This document shows, piece by piece, positions 28,977-37,805 of a stretch of DNA of 64,000 bases. How positions within the stretch are numbered: position 1 is the stretch's first letter; every line of letters starts with the position of its first letter. The DNA is from Verrucomicrobiaceae bacterium (GTDB lineage Bacteria; Verrucomicrobiota; Verrucomicrobiia; Verrucomicrobiales; Akkermansiaceae), in assembly GCA_051252135.1 (NCBI GenBank), contig JBPOGH010000014.1, positions 32,001 to 96,000 on the forward strand. Reading direction: 5' to 3'. Below the pieces are notes generated by a model. It searched no databases. It was given only the letters and a program-made list of their open reading frames with translations, and was not told where the DNA came from. Both the position numbers and the translations under genes were made by a program.

Positions 28977-30953
28977 ATGAAATCCAACAAGCCGGGGCTT
29001 CTCGCTTCCACCCTCTTTGCCATCGCTTTCCCGATCCATGCCATGGCCGCACTCCTCCCCAACGGAGACTTCTCCAACGCAGGCACCTCTTGGGAGGAAG
29101 TCAGCGATGGCGGCACGTTCAACTTCAGCTACCCCGCCACCGACGGCAACCCCGACGGCTTCGGTGTCATCGATAACTCCGCCAACGACGGCGGATTCGG
29201 CATCTGGGTCGCAAACGACGGAGTCATCATGACCCTCGAATCCCTCGGCCTCACCGCCGGCAACGCCTACACCTTCACCCAGGACATGAAAATCCTCTCC
29301 GGGTCCAATATCGGTGGCGTCAAAATCGAATACTACAATGCCGCAGGAGCCGAAATCCCACCTAACACCGGCAACCTCTACCCCGCCCTCATCGGAACCG
29401 GCGCCACCTGGGAAACCTACGAGTTCCCCGCCGCCATCCCTTCCAATGCCACCGGCATTAAGGTCGTCCCCCTCTGGGGCCCCGGCTCCTCCGTCGCCTT
29501 CGATAACATCGGCTACCAAACCACCACCGTCGAACTTCCCCCCGTCCCCAACGGTGATTTCGAGAACGGCTCTACCAGCTGGCTCGAAATCGGCGGAAAC
29601 ACCACCTGGTCCTACCCCACCACCGGAGGAAACCCCGATGGCTTCGGACAAATGGCCAACACCGGAGCATCCGTCGGTCTCTGGGTCGCAAACGGAGGAG
29701 CCCCCCTCTCTCTCGACTCCCTCGGAATCACCGCCGGTGAAGAAGTCACCTTCCTCCAGGACATGAAGCTCATCTCCGGAACCCAGATCGGAGGACTCAA
29801 AATCGAATTCCTCCGCGGAGCGGAATTCCTCGGACAAACCGAGGACCTCTACCCCACCCTCATCGGAAACGGAAGCACCTGGGAAACCTACTCCTTCCCC
29901 GTCACCATCAACCCAAATGCCGACCACATCAAAATCGTCCCCCTCACAGGCGCCGGCTCCACCGTCGGTTACGATAACGTCAGCTTCGGCACCCCTCCTC
30001 CCTCCTCGAACCAGTCCTCCGCAACCACCATCTCCTACGGAAAACTCGTCGAGTGGAACCCCACCAATCCCACCAGCGTCTACCAGCCGCAACTGTCCTT
30101 CGATAACACCAACTGGACCAACCTCGGACCCGAAATCGTCGGCAACACCATCTCCTCCACCTTCGATCCCTCAAATGCCAACTTCCACCGCGTCCTCGAA
30201 CAACAGTTCGCGAACGAGGACGCCATCCTCAACGGAAGCTTCGAGCTCGAAGGCGGCACCGACTGCGCCGAGTCTTGGACCTGCTTTACCGCATCCAACC
30301 AGCCTCCCACCCGCATCACCACCGACTTCCGCACCGGCACCGCCTCCATGCGCATCGCCGTTCAAAATAGCGCCGCCGGCACCCCCAACCAATCCGAACT
30401 CCAATACAACGTCCAGGCCGCAGGGGGCACCGTAACCCCCGGAAACACCTACGACTTCTCGTTCTGGGCCAAGCAAATCAGCAGCGGAGTCAGCTACGTC
30501 CAAAACTACCGCCTCCAGTGGCTCGGTAGCGAAGGCGAAATCCTCCTCGAATCCCCCGGCTTCACCGGATTCACCGGAGGAAATGGCTCATGGACCCAAA
30601 TCTCCACCAACGGCATCGTTGCTCCCGCCGGAGCCGCTTCCGCCTACATCCAAATCTTCGGTGCCACCGGCGCCGTCGCAGGAGCGGAAGCCAAGGGCGA
30701 AGTCCTCATCGATGACGCCTCCCTCATCACCAGCTCATCGGGTCAAGGAGCACCCCTCCCCGCCATCCGTGAGAATGGCATCGGCATCACCTGGCAGGGC
30801 CAAGCCGGTAAATTCTACCAAGTCCAGACCTCCTTCGATCTCGTCAATTTTGAAGACTTCGGCCCTCCCTTCCCCGGCGGTGACCTCCGATCCTCCGTAG
30901 GTGAAGAAATCAACTTCCTCGGTAGATTCTACCGCGTCGTCGAACTTCCTTAA
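28977..30953 (+). CDS. Secreted protein with three CBM4/9-like (galactose-binding-fold) domains and the shared C-terminal module
   Basis: Signal peptide; domains begin NGDFSN, NGDFEN and NGSFEL. The first two are close duplicates (SYPxTxGNPDGFG, TFxQDMKxxSGxxIGGxKIE, LYPxLIGxGxTWETYxFP). Confidence 0.75.
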   Translation: MKSNKPGLLASTLFAIAFPIHAMAALLPNGDFSNAGTSWEEVSDGGTFNFSYPATDGNPDGFGVIDNSANDGGFGIWVANDGVIMTLESLGLTAGNAYTFTQDMKILSGSNIGGVKIEYYNAAGAEIPPNTGNLYPALIGTGATWETYEFPAAIPSNATGIKVVPLWGPGSSVAFDNIGYQTTTVELPPVPNGDFENGSTSWLEIGGNTTWSYPTTGGNPDGFGQMANTGASVGLWVANGGAPLSLDSLGITAGEEVTFLQDMKLISGTQIGGLKIEFLRGAEFLGQTEDLYPTLIGNGSTWETYSFPVTINPNADHIKIVPLTGAGSTVGYDNVSFGTPPPSSNQSSATTISYGKLVEWNPTNPTSVYQPQLSFDNTNWTNLGPEIVGNTISSTFDPSNANFHRVLEQQFANEDAILNGSFELEGGTDCAESWTCFTASNQPPTRITTDFRTGTASMRIAVQNSAAGTPNQSELQYNVQAAGGTVTPGNTYDFSFWAKQISSGVSYVQNYRLQWLGSEGEILLESPGFTGFTGGNGSWTQISTNGIVAPAGAASAYIQIFGATGAVAGAEAKGEVLIDDASLITSSSGQGAPLPAIRENGIGITWQGQAGKFYQVQTSFDLVNFEDFGPPFPGGDLRSSVGEEINFLGRFYRVVELP

Positions 30954-31126
30954 CTACCATTCCCCCCCCTTGCTGCTCACGCGGCAGGCCCCCCCTCCAA
31001 GCCTCGGGCTGGCTGCGCATTTCGCGCTCCTCCTCGGGGTTTTTTGTCGTCGGATCACTCGTCCCACCACCACCCTCCCACAAATCCCGTGTTCAATTTT
31101 TCCCCTTTTGCATACATTCCCCTCCC

Positions 31127-34100
31127 ATGATCCTCCTCCGCACCACAATTGGACTCCTCCTCTCGTTGTCCTCCGTCCACGCCGAGCTCGCGATCACCGA
31201 ATTCTCCGCCAACCCCGACGAATCCCTCCCGGACACCGACGGCGACTTCCCCGACTGGATCGAAATCCAAAACACCGGAGCCTCCCCCCTCTCCACCGCC
31301 GGATACACCCTCACCGATCAACCGGCTTCCCCCAACCTCTGGATCCTCCCCGATCTCACCCTCCAACCAAACGATTTCCTCCTCATCTTCGCCTCCGGTA
31401 AAGACCGCACCAACCCCGCCGAACCCCTCCACACCAACTTCTCCCTCGCCTCGGATGGCGGCCACCTCGCCCTCCACGCCCCCGATCTCACGCCCCTCTC
31501 CTCCTTCACCTACCCCCAGCAAGCCTACGGATTCTCCTCCAATTCCTCCGGATTCTTCGCCACCCCCACCCCCGGCCTCGCCAACGGCCCTGTCGATTTT
31601 ACCGACTACGTCCGCGACACCAAGTTCAACCCCGACCGCGGATTCTACGACGCCCCCTTCCCCCTCACCATCACCTCCGCCACCCCCGGCGCCACCATCT
31701 ATTTCACCACCGATGGCTCCGCTCCCTCTCCCACCAACGGCACCCTCTACTCCGGCCCCATCGAAATCACCACCACCACCGTCGTCCGCGCCCTCGCCAC
31801 CAAACCCGGCCTCCTCAGCAGCAATGTCGACGCCCACAGCTACTTCTTCCTTCAGGACGTCATCACCCAGCCCTCATCCATCACCGGATTCCCCGACACC
31901 TGGGGAATCGATGACTCCACCAGCAACGGCGCCACCAACCTCCCCCGCCCCGCCGACTACGAGATGGACCCGCGCGTCATCGCCCAATTCGGCGCCCCCG
32001 AAGCCATCGCCGCCCTCCAAAACCACCCCACCATCTCCGTCGTCATGGACCCGGACCACCTCTGGAATGAATCCACCGACTCCGCCACCGGAGGCATCTA
32101 CCCCAATCCCTACGGCGGCACCGGAAACCAATTCCGAACCGGCTGGGGAGAACCCCGCGATTGGGAACGCCCCTGCTCCGTCGAATTCATCGGATTCCCG
32201 AAAGTCCCCGGCAAACAGGTCAACGCCGGCATCCGCATGGCCGGAAACTTCGCCCGCCATCCCAACCGCTACAAACACCACTTCCGCCTCACGTCTCGCC
32301 GCGAATACGGCCCCTCCAAGTTCAAAGGCGAACTCTTCTCCCGCACCGAGGTCGATACCTTCGATGACTTCATCCTCCGCGGCGGAAACAGCGAAGCCTG
32401 GACCTTCCCCGGCTCCTCCGGCAACGGACCCGGCACCCGCGCCAACGTCCAGTACGTCCGTGACCAATTCTACAAGGACGCCCAAATCGACATGGGAAAT
32501 CTCTCCGCTTCCCAGGAATACTTCCACCTCTACCTCAATGGCGCCTACTGGGGCTTCTACACCCTCATCGAGCGCGTCGATGCCCACTTCCTCTCCCAAC
32601 ACCTCGGCGGCGAGGAAGAGGACTTCGATGTCATCAAGCAAGCCAATGTCCTCAGCGATGGCAGCAAGGACGATTGGGAAGCCATGTACGCCATCTCCCG
32701 CGCCGGCGTCTCAACCGAAGAAAATTACAACGCCATTCAGGAGTATCTCGATCTCGACAACTTCATCGACTACATGATCTTCAATTTCTGGGCTGCCACC
32801 GTCGACTGGCGAAACAACTGGCGCGCCGGACGCCGCAGCCGCAATGCCGATGGCTTCGGCTTCCAGTTCTACAACTGGGATGGCGAACGCGGCCTCGGAG
32901 ACCAAAGCGGAAACCGCACCTACACCTTCAACAGCGCACAATCCTCCCGCTCCTGGACCTATCACCCCAACGAGATGCACCACGATCTCAAGCTCAATCC
33001 CGAGTATCAAATCCGCTTCGCCGACCGCGTCCAAAAACACCTCTTCAACAACGGCACCCTCTCACCTGAACGCGCCGCCCTCCTCTACAACGCCCGAGCC
33101 GAAGAGGTCCGCCCCGCCCTCATCGTCGAGTCCGCCCGCTGGGGCGACCGCCAACGCCCGTCCAATCCCTACACCACCGAAAACGAATGGCAGGACATGC
33201 TCGACTACCTCAACAACACCTTCTTCCCCCTGCGGAACCCCGTCGTCATCCACCAACTCCGTGTCGAGGGCGTCTTCCCTAACATCGATGCCCCATCCTT
33301 CAACCAACACGGCGGCACCATCCCCGATGGCTTCCCCCTCCTCATCTCAAATAACGGAGGCACCACCTACTTCACCGTCGATGGCTCCGATCCCCGCCTC
33401 CCCGGCGGAGACATCAACCCCGCCGCCATGATCGCCACCGGCGGAACCCTCACCTCCACCCCCATCACCCGCGGTGATGACTGGCACTTCAACGCCGATG
33501 ACCTCGACATCGGAAACACCTGGAAAGACTTCTCCTTTGACGCCACATCCTGGTCCTCCGGCCCCACCCCCATCGGCTACGGAGGCGTCACCAACACCGT
33601 TCACGCCACCGACCTGAGGGAGCTGACCGACACCCCCCTCGGAACCATCTACTATCGCAAAACATTCACCATCGAGAGCGCCATCGACATCCTCGGCGCA
33701 ACCATCGAAGCCAATATCGATGGCGGAGCCGTCTTCTACCTCAACGGCGTCGAAGTCCTCCGCGATAACATGAACGACGGCCCCGTCACCCACCTCACCC
33801 GCCCCTCCTCGGATGGCAACGAGGGCGTCTACGACTCCTTCACCATCCCCCACCAACACTTCCTAGATGGCACCAATGTCCTCGCCGTCGAAGTCCACAA
33901 CTCCTCCCCCACCAGCAGCGACATCGTCCTCGATCTCGACCTCGCCATCACCACCATCGGCACCCCTGATTTCAATCTCTCCACCGCTTCCACCGTCAAG
34001 TCACGTGCCCTCGAGAACACCGAATGGAGCGCCCTCACCGAAGCCACCTTCTTCCTCGGAGAACCCGCCTCCGCTCAAAATATCGTCATCTCCGAACTCC

Positions 34101-34777
34101 TCTACCAACCCATCGGCCAGGCCGAAAACGAGTTCATCGAACTCCTCAACATCAGCGATTCCCCCGTTAGCTTCGCCAATGTCAAATTCACCAACGGCAT
34201 CTCCCGCGACTTCGAGTTCGACCTCGTCCTCGCACCCGGTGAACGACTCGTCATCGGAAAAAACCGCCCCCTCAGCTACGGCGGCATGATCCGAAACTCC
34301 GGCGAATCCCTCCGCCTCGAAGCAGCAGACGGCAGCCCCATCTTCGACATCAACTACCGCGCAGACGACTCCTGGCCTCGCGGACACCTCTTCACCGGAT
34401 ACTCCATCGTCCTCGCCAACCCCTTCTCCGCTCCCGACCCCTCCAAATCCGAAAACTGGCTCCTCAGCGCCACCATCACCGGAACCCCCGGCACCAGCGA
34501 CTCCATCACCCCCTCCCCCGGAGCCGACCTTCAGGAATTCTTCTTCGGCGGAGCCTTCCCGGAAATCACTCTCATCGACGGACAACCCCTCGTCAGCATC
34601 CCCCGCATTCCGGGAACCGATGGCGCCGTCATCTCCCTCGAAACCTCCTCCGACCTCACCACCTGGCAACCCGGCGGCACCTTCGCCGGCTTCGACGCCC
34701 AAAACAACATGATCTGGTCGCTCTCCGCCCCCACCGGAAAAAACTTCGCCCGCATCCGCATCACCCTCACTCCATAG
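31127..34777 (+). CDS. Secreted lamin-tail-domain / FN3-associated / CotH kinase family protein
   Basis: LAITEFSA...DWIEIQN (LTD), IYFTTDGSAP, HLYLNGAYWGFYTLIERVD (CotH), ESARWGD, and a second LTD IVISELLYQP...EFIELLN. Confidence 0.85.
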   Translation: MILLRTTIGLLLSLSSVHAELAITEFSANPDESLPDTDGDFPDWIEIQNTGASPLSTAGYTLTDQPASPNLWILPDLTLQPNDFLLIFASGKDRTNPAEPLHTNFSLASDGGHLALHAPDLTPLSSFTYPQQAYGFSSNSSGFFATPTPGLANGPVDFTDYVRDTKFNPDRGFYDAPFPLTITSATPGATIYFTTDGSAPSPTNGTLYSGPIEITTTTVVRALATKPGLLSSNVDAHSYFFLQDVITQPSSITGFPDTWGIDDSTSNGATNLPRPADYEMDPRVIAQFGAPEAIAALQNHPTISVVMDPDHLWNESTDSATGGIYPNPYGGTGNQFRTGWGEPRDWERPCSVEFIGFPKVPGKQVNAGIRMAGNFARHPNRYKHHFRLTSRREYGPSKFKGELFSRTEVDTFDDFILRGGNSEAWTFPGSSGNGPGTRANVQYVRDQFYKDAQIDMGNLSASQEYFHLYLNGAYWGFYTLIERVDAHFLSQHLGGEEEDFDVIKQANVLSDGSKDDWEAMYAISRAGVSTEENYNAIQEYLDLDNFIDYMIFNFWAATVDWRNNWRAGRRSRNADGFGFQFYNWDGERGLGDQSGNRTYTFNSAQSSRSWTYHPNEMHHDLKLNPEYQIRFADRVQKHLFNNGTLSPERAALLYNARAEEVRPALIVESARWGDRQRPSNPYTTENEWQDMLDYLNNTFFPLRNPVVIHQLRVEGVFPNIDAPSFNQHGGTIPDGFPLLISNNGGTTYFTVDGSDPRLPGGDINPAAMIATGGTLTSTPITRGDDWHFNADDLDIGNTWKDFSFDATSWSSGPTPIGYGGVTNTVHATDLRELTDTPLGTIYYRKTFTIESAIDILGATIEANIDGGAVFYLNGVEVLRDNMNDGPVTHLTRPSSDGNEGVYDSFTIPHQHFLDGTNVLAVEVHNSSPTSSDIVLDLDLAITTIGTPDFNLSTASTVKSRALENTEWSALTEATFFLGEPASAQNIVISELLYQPIGQAENEFIELLNISDSPVSFANVKFTNGISRDFEFDLVLAPGERLVIGKNRPLSYGGMIRNSGESLRLEAADGSPIFDINYRADDSWPRGHLFTGYSIVLANPFSAPDPSKSENWLLSATITGTPGTSDSITPSPGADLQEFFFGGAFPEITLIDGQPLVSIPRIPGTDGAVISLETSSDLTTWQPGGTFAGFDAQNNMIWSLSAPTGKNFARIRITLTP

Positions 34778-34779
34778 TT

Positions 34780-36165
34780 TTGAAAAAACTCCTCCTCTCC
34801 CTCTTCGCCCTCACCACCCTCTCCAGCGTGGCCGGGCACCCCATGCTCCCGAAAAAAATCATCCTCATCATGGCCGATGACCTCGGCCTCGAAGGACTCG
34901 GCTGCTACGGCGGAACCGACTACGAAACGCCCCGCCTCGACCAGCTCGCCGCCGAAGGCCTCCGCTTCACCCACGCCTACTCCCAACCCCTCTGCTCCCC
35001 CACCCGGCTCGAAATCATGACCGGCAAGGAGAACCACCGGAACTGGACCTACTTCGGCATCCTCCCGCCCGAGGAAAAAACCTTCGGCCACCTCATGCAG
35101 TCCTTCGGCTACCGCACCTGCATCGCCGGCAAATGGCAACTCCAGTCCTACGATCCCCCCGACTTCCCCAACGCCGACAAACGCCGCGGCACCGGCATGC
35201 ACCCCAAGGACGCCGGCTTCCACCACTACTCCCTCTTCCACTCCCTCCATACCGAGGACAAAGGCTCCCGCTACGCCAACCCCACCTACCTCCAAAACGG
35301 CACCCTTCACCGGGATGTCGATGGCAAATACGGCGAGGACCTCTCCGTCGAATTCCTCCTCAACTTCCTCTCCGAAAACAAAGACGACAAAGCCTTCCTC
35401 TACTACCCCATGGCCCTCCCCCATTGGCCCGTCAACCCCACGCCGCACTCCAAAATTTGGAACGACGACCCCTCAAAACGCCTCGACGAAGACGACAAAT
35501 ACTTCCCCGACATGGTCGCCTACATGGACACCCTCGTCGGCCGCATTGTCGATGGCGTCGCAAAACTCGGCCTCCGTGACGAAACCCTCATCCTCTTCTA
35601 CTCCGATAACGGCACCAACAACTCCGTCATCTCTCACCTCAATGGCGAAGTCGTCCGCGGCGGAAAAGCCACCCCCCTCCAAAGCGGCATCCGCGTCCCC
35701 CTCATCGCCCACTGGCCCGGACACCTCAAACCCGCCGTCACTTCCCAACTCGTAGAACCTTCCGACTTCCTCGTCACCCTCGCCGAACTCTCAGGAAAAG
35801 AGGTCCCCGCCGACTGGCAACACGACGGCACCTCCTTCGCCCCCGCCATCCACGGCCACCCCGGCGCCCGCCCCCGCGACGCAGCCTTCTTCTGGTATGA
35901 CCCACGCCCCGGCTGGGATAAAATGGCCTTCAAACGCCACATCTTCGCCCTCGATCACCACTACAAGCTCTTCACCGACGGCCGCCTCTACGCCATCGAC
36001 GGCCTCGGCTACAAAGAAGAACTCCTCCACCCCGCCGACCTCTCCCCCGAGGCCACCGCCGCCAAAGCCAAGCTCGAAAAAGTCATCGCCACCATGATGC
36101 AACCACCCCTCTCCCCCGCCGCCCAAACCGAAGTCGACACCTTCGGAAACCCCATCAAAAAATAA
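34780..36165 (+). CDS. Sulfatase (S1, Cys-type, CSPTR)
   Basis: IILIMADDLG, LCSPTRLEIMTG, GKWQL, YSDNG, GIRVPLIAHWPG. Confidence 0.92.
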   Translation: MKKLLLSLFALTTLSSVAGHPMLPKKIILIMADDLGLEGLGCYGGTDYETPRLDQLAAEGLRFTHAYSQPLCSPTRLEIMTGKENHRNWTYFGILPPEEKTFGHLMQSFGYRTCIAGKWQLQSYDPPDFPNADKRRGTGMHPKDAGFHHYSLFHSLHTEDKGSRYANPTYLQNGTLHRDVDGKYGEDLSVEFLLNFLSENKDDKAFLYYPMALPHWPVNPTPHSKIWNDDPSKRLDEDDKYFPDMVAYMDTLVGRIVDGVAKLGLRDETLILFYSDNGTNNSVISHLNGEVVRGGKATPLQSGIRVPLIAHWPGHLKPAVTSQLVEPSDFLVTLAELSGKEVPADWQHDGTSFAPAIHGHPGARPRDAAFFWYDPRPGWDKMAFKRHIFALDHHYKLFTDGRLYAIDGLGYKEELLHPADLSPEATAAKAKLEKVIATMMQPPLSPAAQTEVDTFGNPIKK

Positions 36166-36174
36166 CCACCCTTT

Positions 36175-36198
36175 GTAGCGTCGGTCGATGACCGTCGC
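36175..36198 (+). repeat. REP-like imperfect palindrome with a GTAG head
   Basis: GTAGCGTCGGTC-GAT-GACCGTCGC, 9 bp after the sulfatase stop; single copy in the window. Confidence 0.5.
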
Positions 36199-36296
36199 AA
36201 ACTCCCCCCAACCAAGCCCCACAACCCAAGTTTCTGACTTTCTGCGCTTTCTGTGGTGAAAAAACCCTCAACCAAGCCTCCACCCTCTCAAATCTC

Positions 36297-37781
36297 GTGA
36301 TCAAATCTCAAATCTCAAATTTCATCCCCCTTCTCCTCGCTCTCGCCGCCCCACTGCTTGCGGCTGAAAAGCCCAACCTCGTCCTCATCATCGCCGATGA
36401 CATGAACTGGGACGACTGCGGCACCTACGGCCACCCTTCCATCAAAACCCCCAACATCGACGCCCTCGCCAAATCCGGCCTCACCTACCAACACGCCTAC
36501 CTCACCGCCAATTCCTGCTCCCCCAGCCGCGCCAGCATCATCACCGGACGCTACCCGCACAACACCGGAGCCGAACAACTCCACTGGCCCCTCCCCGCCG
36601 ACTCCCTCACTTTCGTCGAGCAACTCAAGTCCGCCGGCTACTACACCGTCGCCGCCGGCAAATGGCACCTCGGCGAAGCCGTCAAAGATCGCTTCAACGA
36701 TGTCTTCGAAGCCGACACCTCCGGCTTCATCCTCCCCACCGGCACCGATGCCAATCCCGGCAAAATGATCGCCACCTCACCCAGCGGTTGCGAAGCCTGG
36801 GTCTCCACACTCGAGAACCGACCTAAGGACAAACCCTTCTTCCTCTGGCTCGCCGCCCTCGACCCCCACCGCGCCTACGAGGACGGAGCCCTCACCCCGC
36901 CCCACAAAGCAAGCGACATCAAAATCCCACCCTACATGCCCGACACCCCGGAAGTCCGCGAGGACTACCGCCTCTACTACGACGAGATCGGCCGCCTCGA
37001 CCAATACGTCGGCAAGGTCGTCGCCGAACTCGAAAAACAAAACCTCACCGAGAACACCCTCATTCTCTTCATCAGCGACAACGGCCGCCCTTTCCCCGGA
37101 GATAAAACCACTCTCTACGATGGCGGAATCCGCACCCCCTGGATCGTCAAATGGCCCGCCACCATCAAGCCCAACCAGCGCACCACCAGCCTTGTCTCCT
37201 CCATCGACATCGCCCCCACCTTCACCCAACTCGCCGGCCTTAAGCCCGCCGATACCTTCGAGGGAACCTCCTTCCTCCCCACCCTCAAAGACCCCGCCGC
37301 CGTCACCCGCACCCACGTCTTCGCCGAAGACCACTGGCATGACTACGAGGACCACGGACGCGCCATCGCCACCCAACGCTGGAAGCTCATCCACAACACC
37401 TACCCCGACCTCCCCAACACCCCTTCAGCCGACGCCGGACGTAGCCCCACCTGGACCGCGATCCAAGAACTCAAGAAGGCCGGAAAACTCACCCCCGCCC
37501 AACAGCGCTGCCTCACCAAACCCCGCGCCGAATTCGAATTCTTCGATCTCAAAAACGATCCCTTCGAGCTCAACAACCTCGCCAAAGACAAAGACTACCG
37601 CCCCCTCTTCCTCGAGTTCAAACACCTCCTCAAAAAACAATTCGAGGCCACCGGCGACTACCTCCCCTCCCAGCGCACCCCCGATGAGTTCGACCGCGAA
37701 ACCGGCGACCCCGACCACTCCGTCCGCAAACGTCCCCGCCCTTCCAAGAGGGACATGTTCAACACCAACGGCCCTTACTAA
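36297..37781 (+). CDS. Sulfatase (S1, Cys-type, CSPSR; sulfamidase-like)
   Basis: KPNLVLIIADD, SCSPSRASIITG, GKWH, DPHR, ISDNG, KTTLYDGG. Confidence 0.93.
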   Translation: MIKSQISNFIPLLLALAAPLLAAEKPNLVLIIADDMNWDDCGTYGHPSIKTPNIDALAKSGLTYQHAYLTANSCSPSRASIITGRYPHNTGAEQLHWPLPADSLTFVEQLKSAGYYTVAAGKWHLGEAVKDRFNDVFEADTSGFILPTGTDANPGKMIATSPSGCEAWVSTLENRPKDKPFFLWLAALDPHRAYEDGALTPPHKASDIKIPPYMPDTPEVREDYRLYYDEIGRLDQYVGKVVAELEKQNLTENTLILFISDNGRPFPGDKTTLYDGGIRTPWIVKWPATIKPNQRTTSLVSSIDIAPTFTQLAGLKPADTFEGTSFLPTLKDPAAVTRTHVFAEDHWHDYEDHGRAIATQRWKLIHNTYPDLPNTPSADAGRSPTWTAIQELKKAGKLTPAQQRCLTKPRAEFEFFDLKNDPFELNNLAKDKDYRPLFLEFKHLLKKQFEATGDYLPSQRTPDEFDRETGDPDHSVRKRPRPSKRDMFNTNGPY

Positions 37782-37805
37782 CACCTCAGCCACTCTCCTT
37801 TTCCC

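Noticed and set aside
28808..29122. Apparent head-to-head overlap of ORFs 27521-29122 and 28869-30953
   Set aside because: Downstream ATGs at 28807 and 28977 give proper signal peptides and remove the overlap.
30954..31050. Cluster of small hairpins ending in a T-tract between the CBM and CotH genes (possible ncRNA or riboswitch)
   Set aside because: Stems are short and match no family I recognise; more likely a weak terminator region. An Infernal/Rfam search would settle it.
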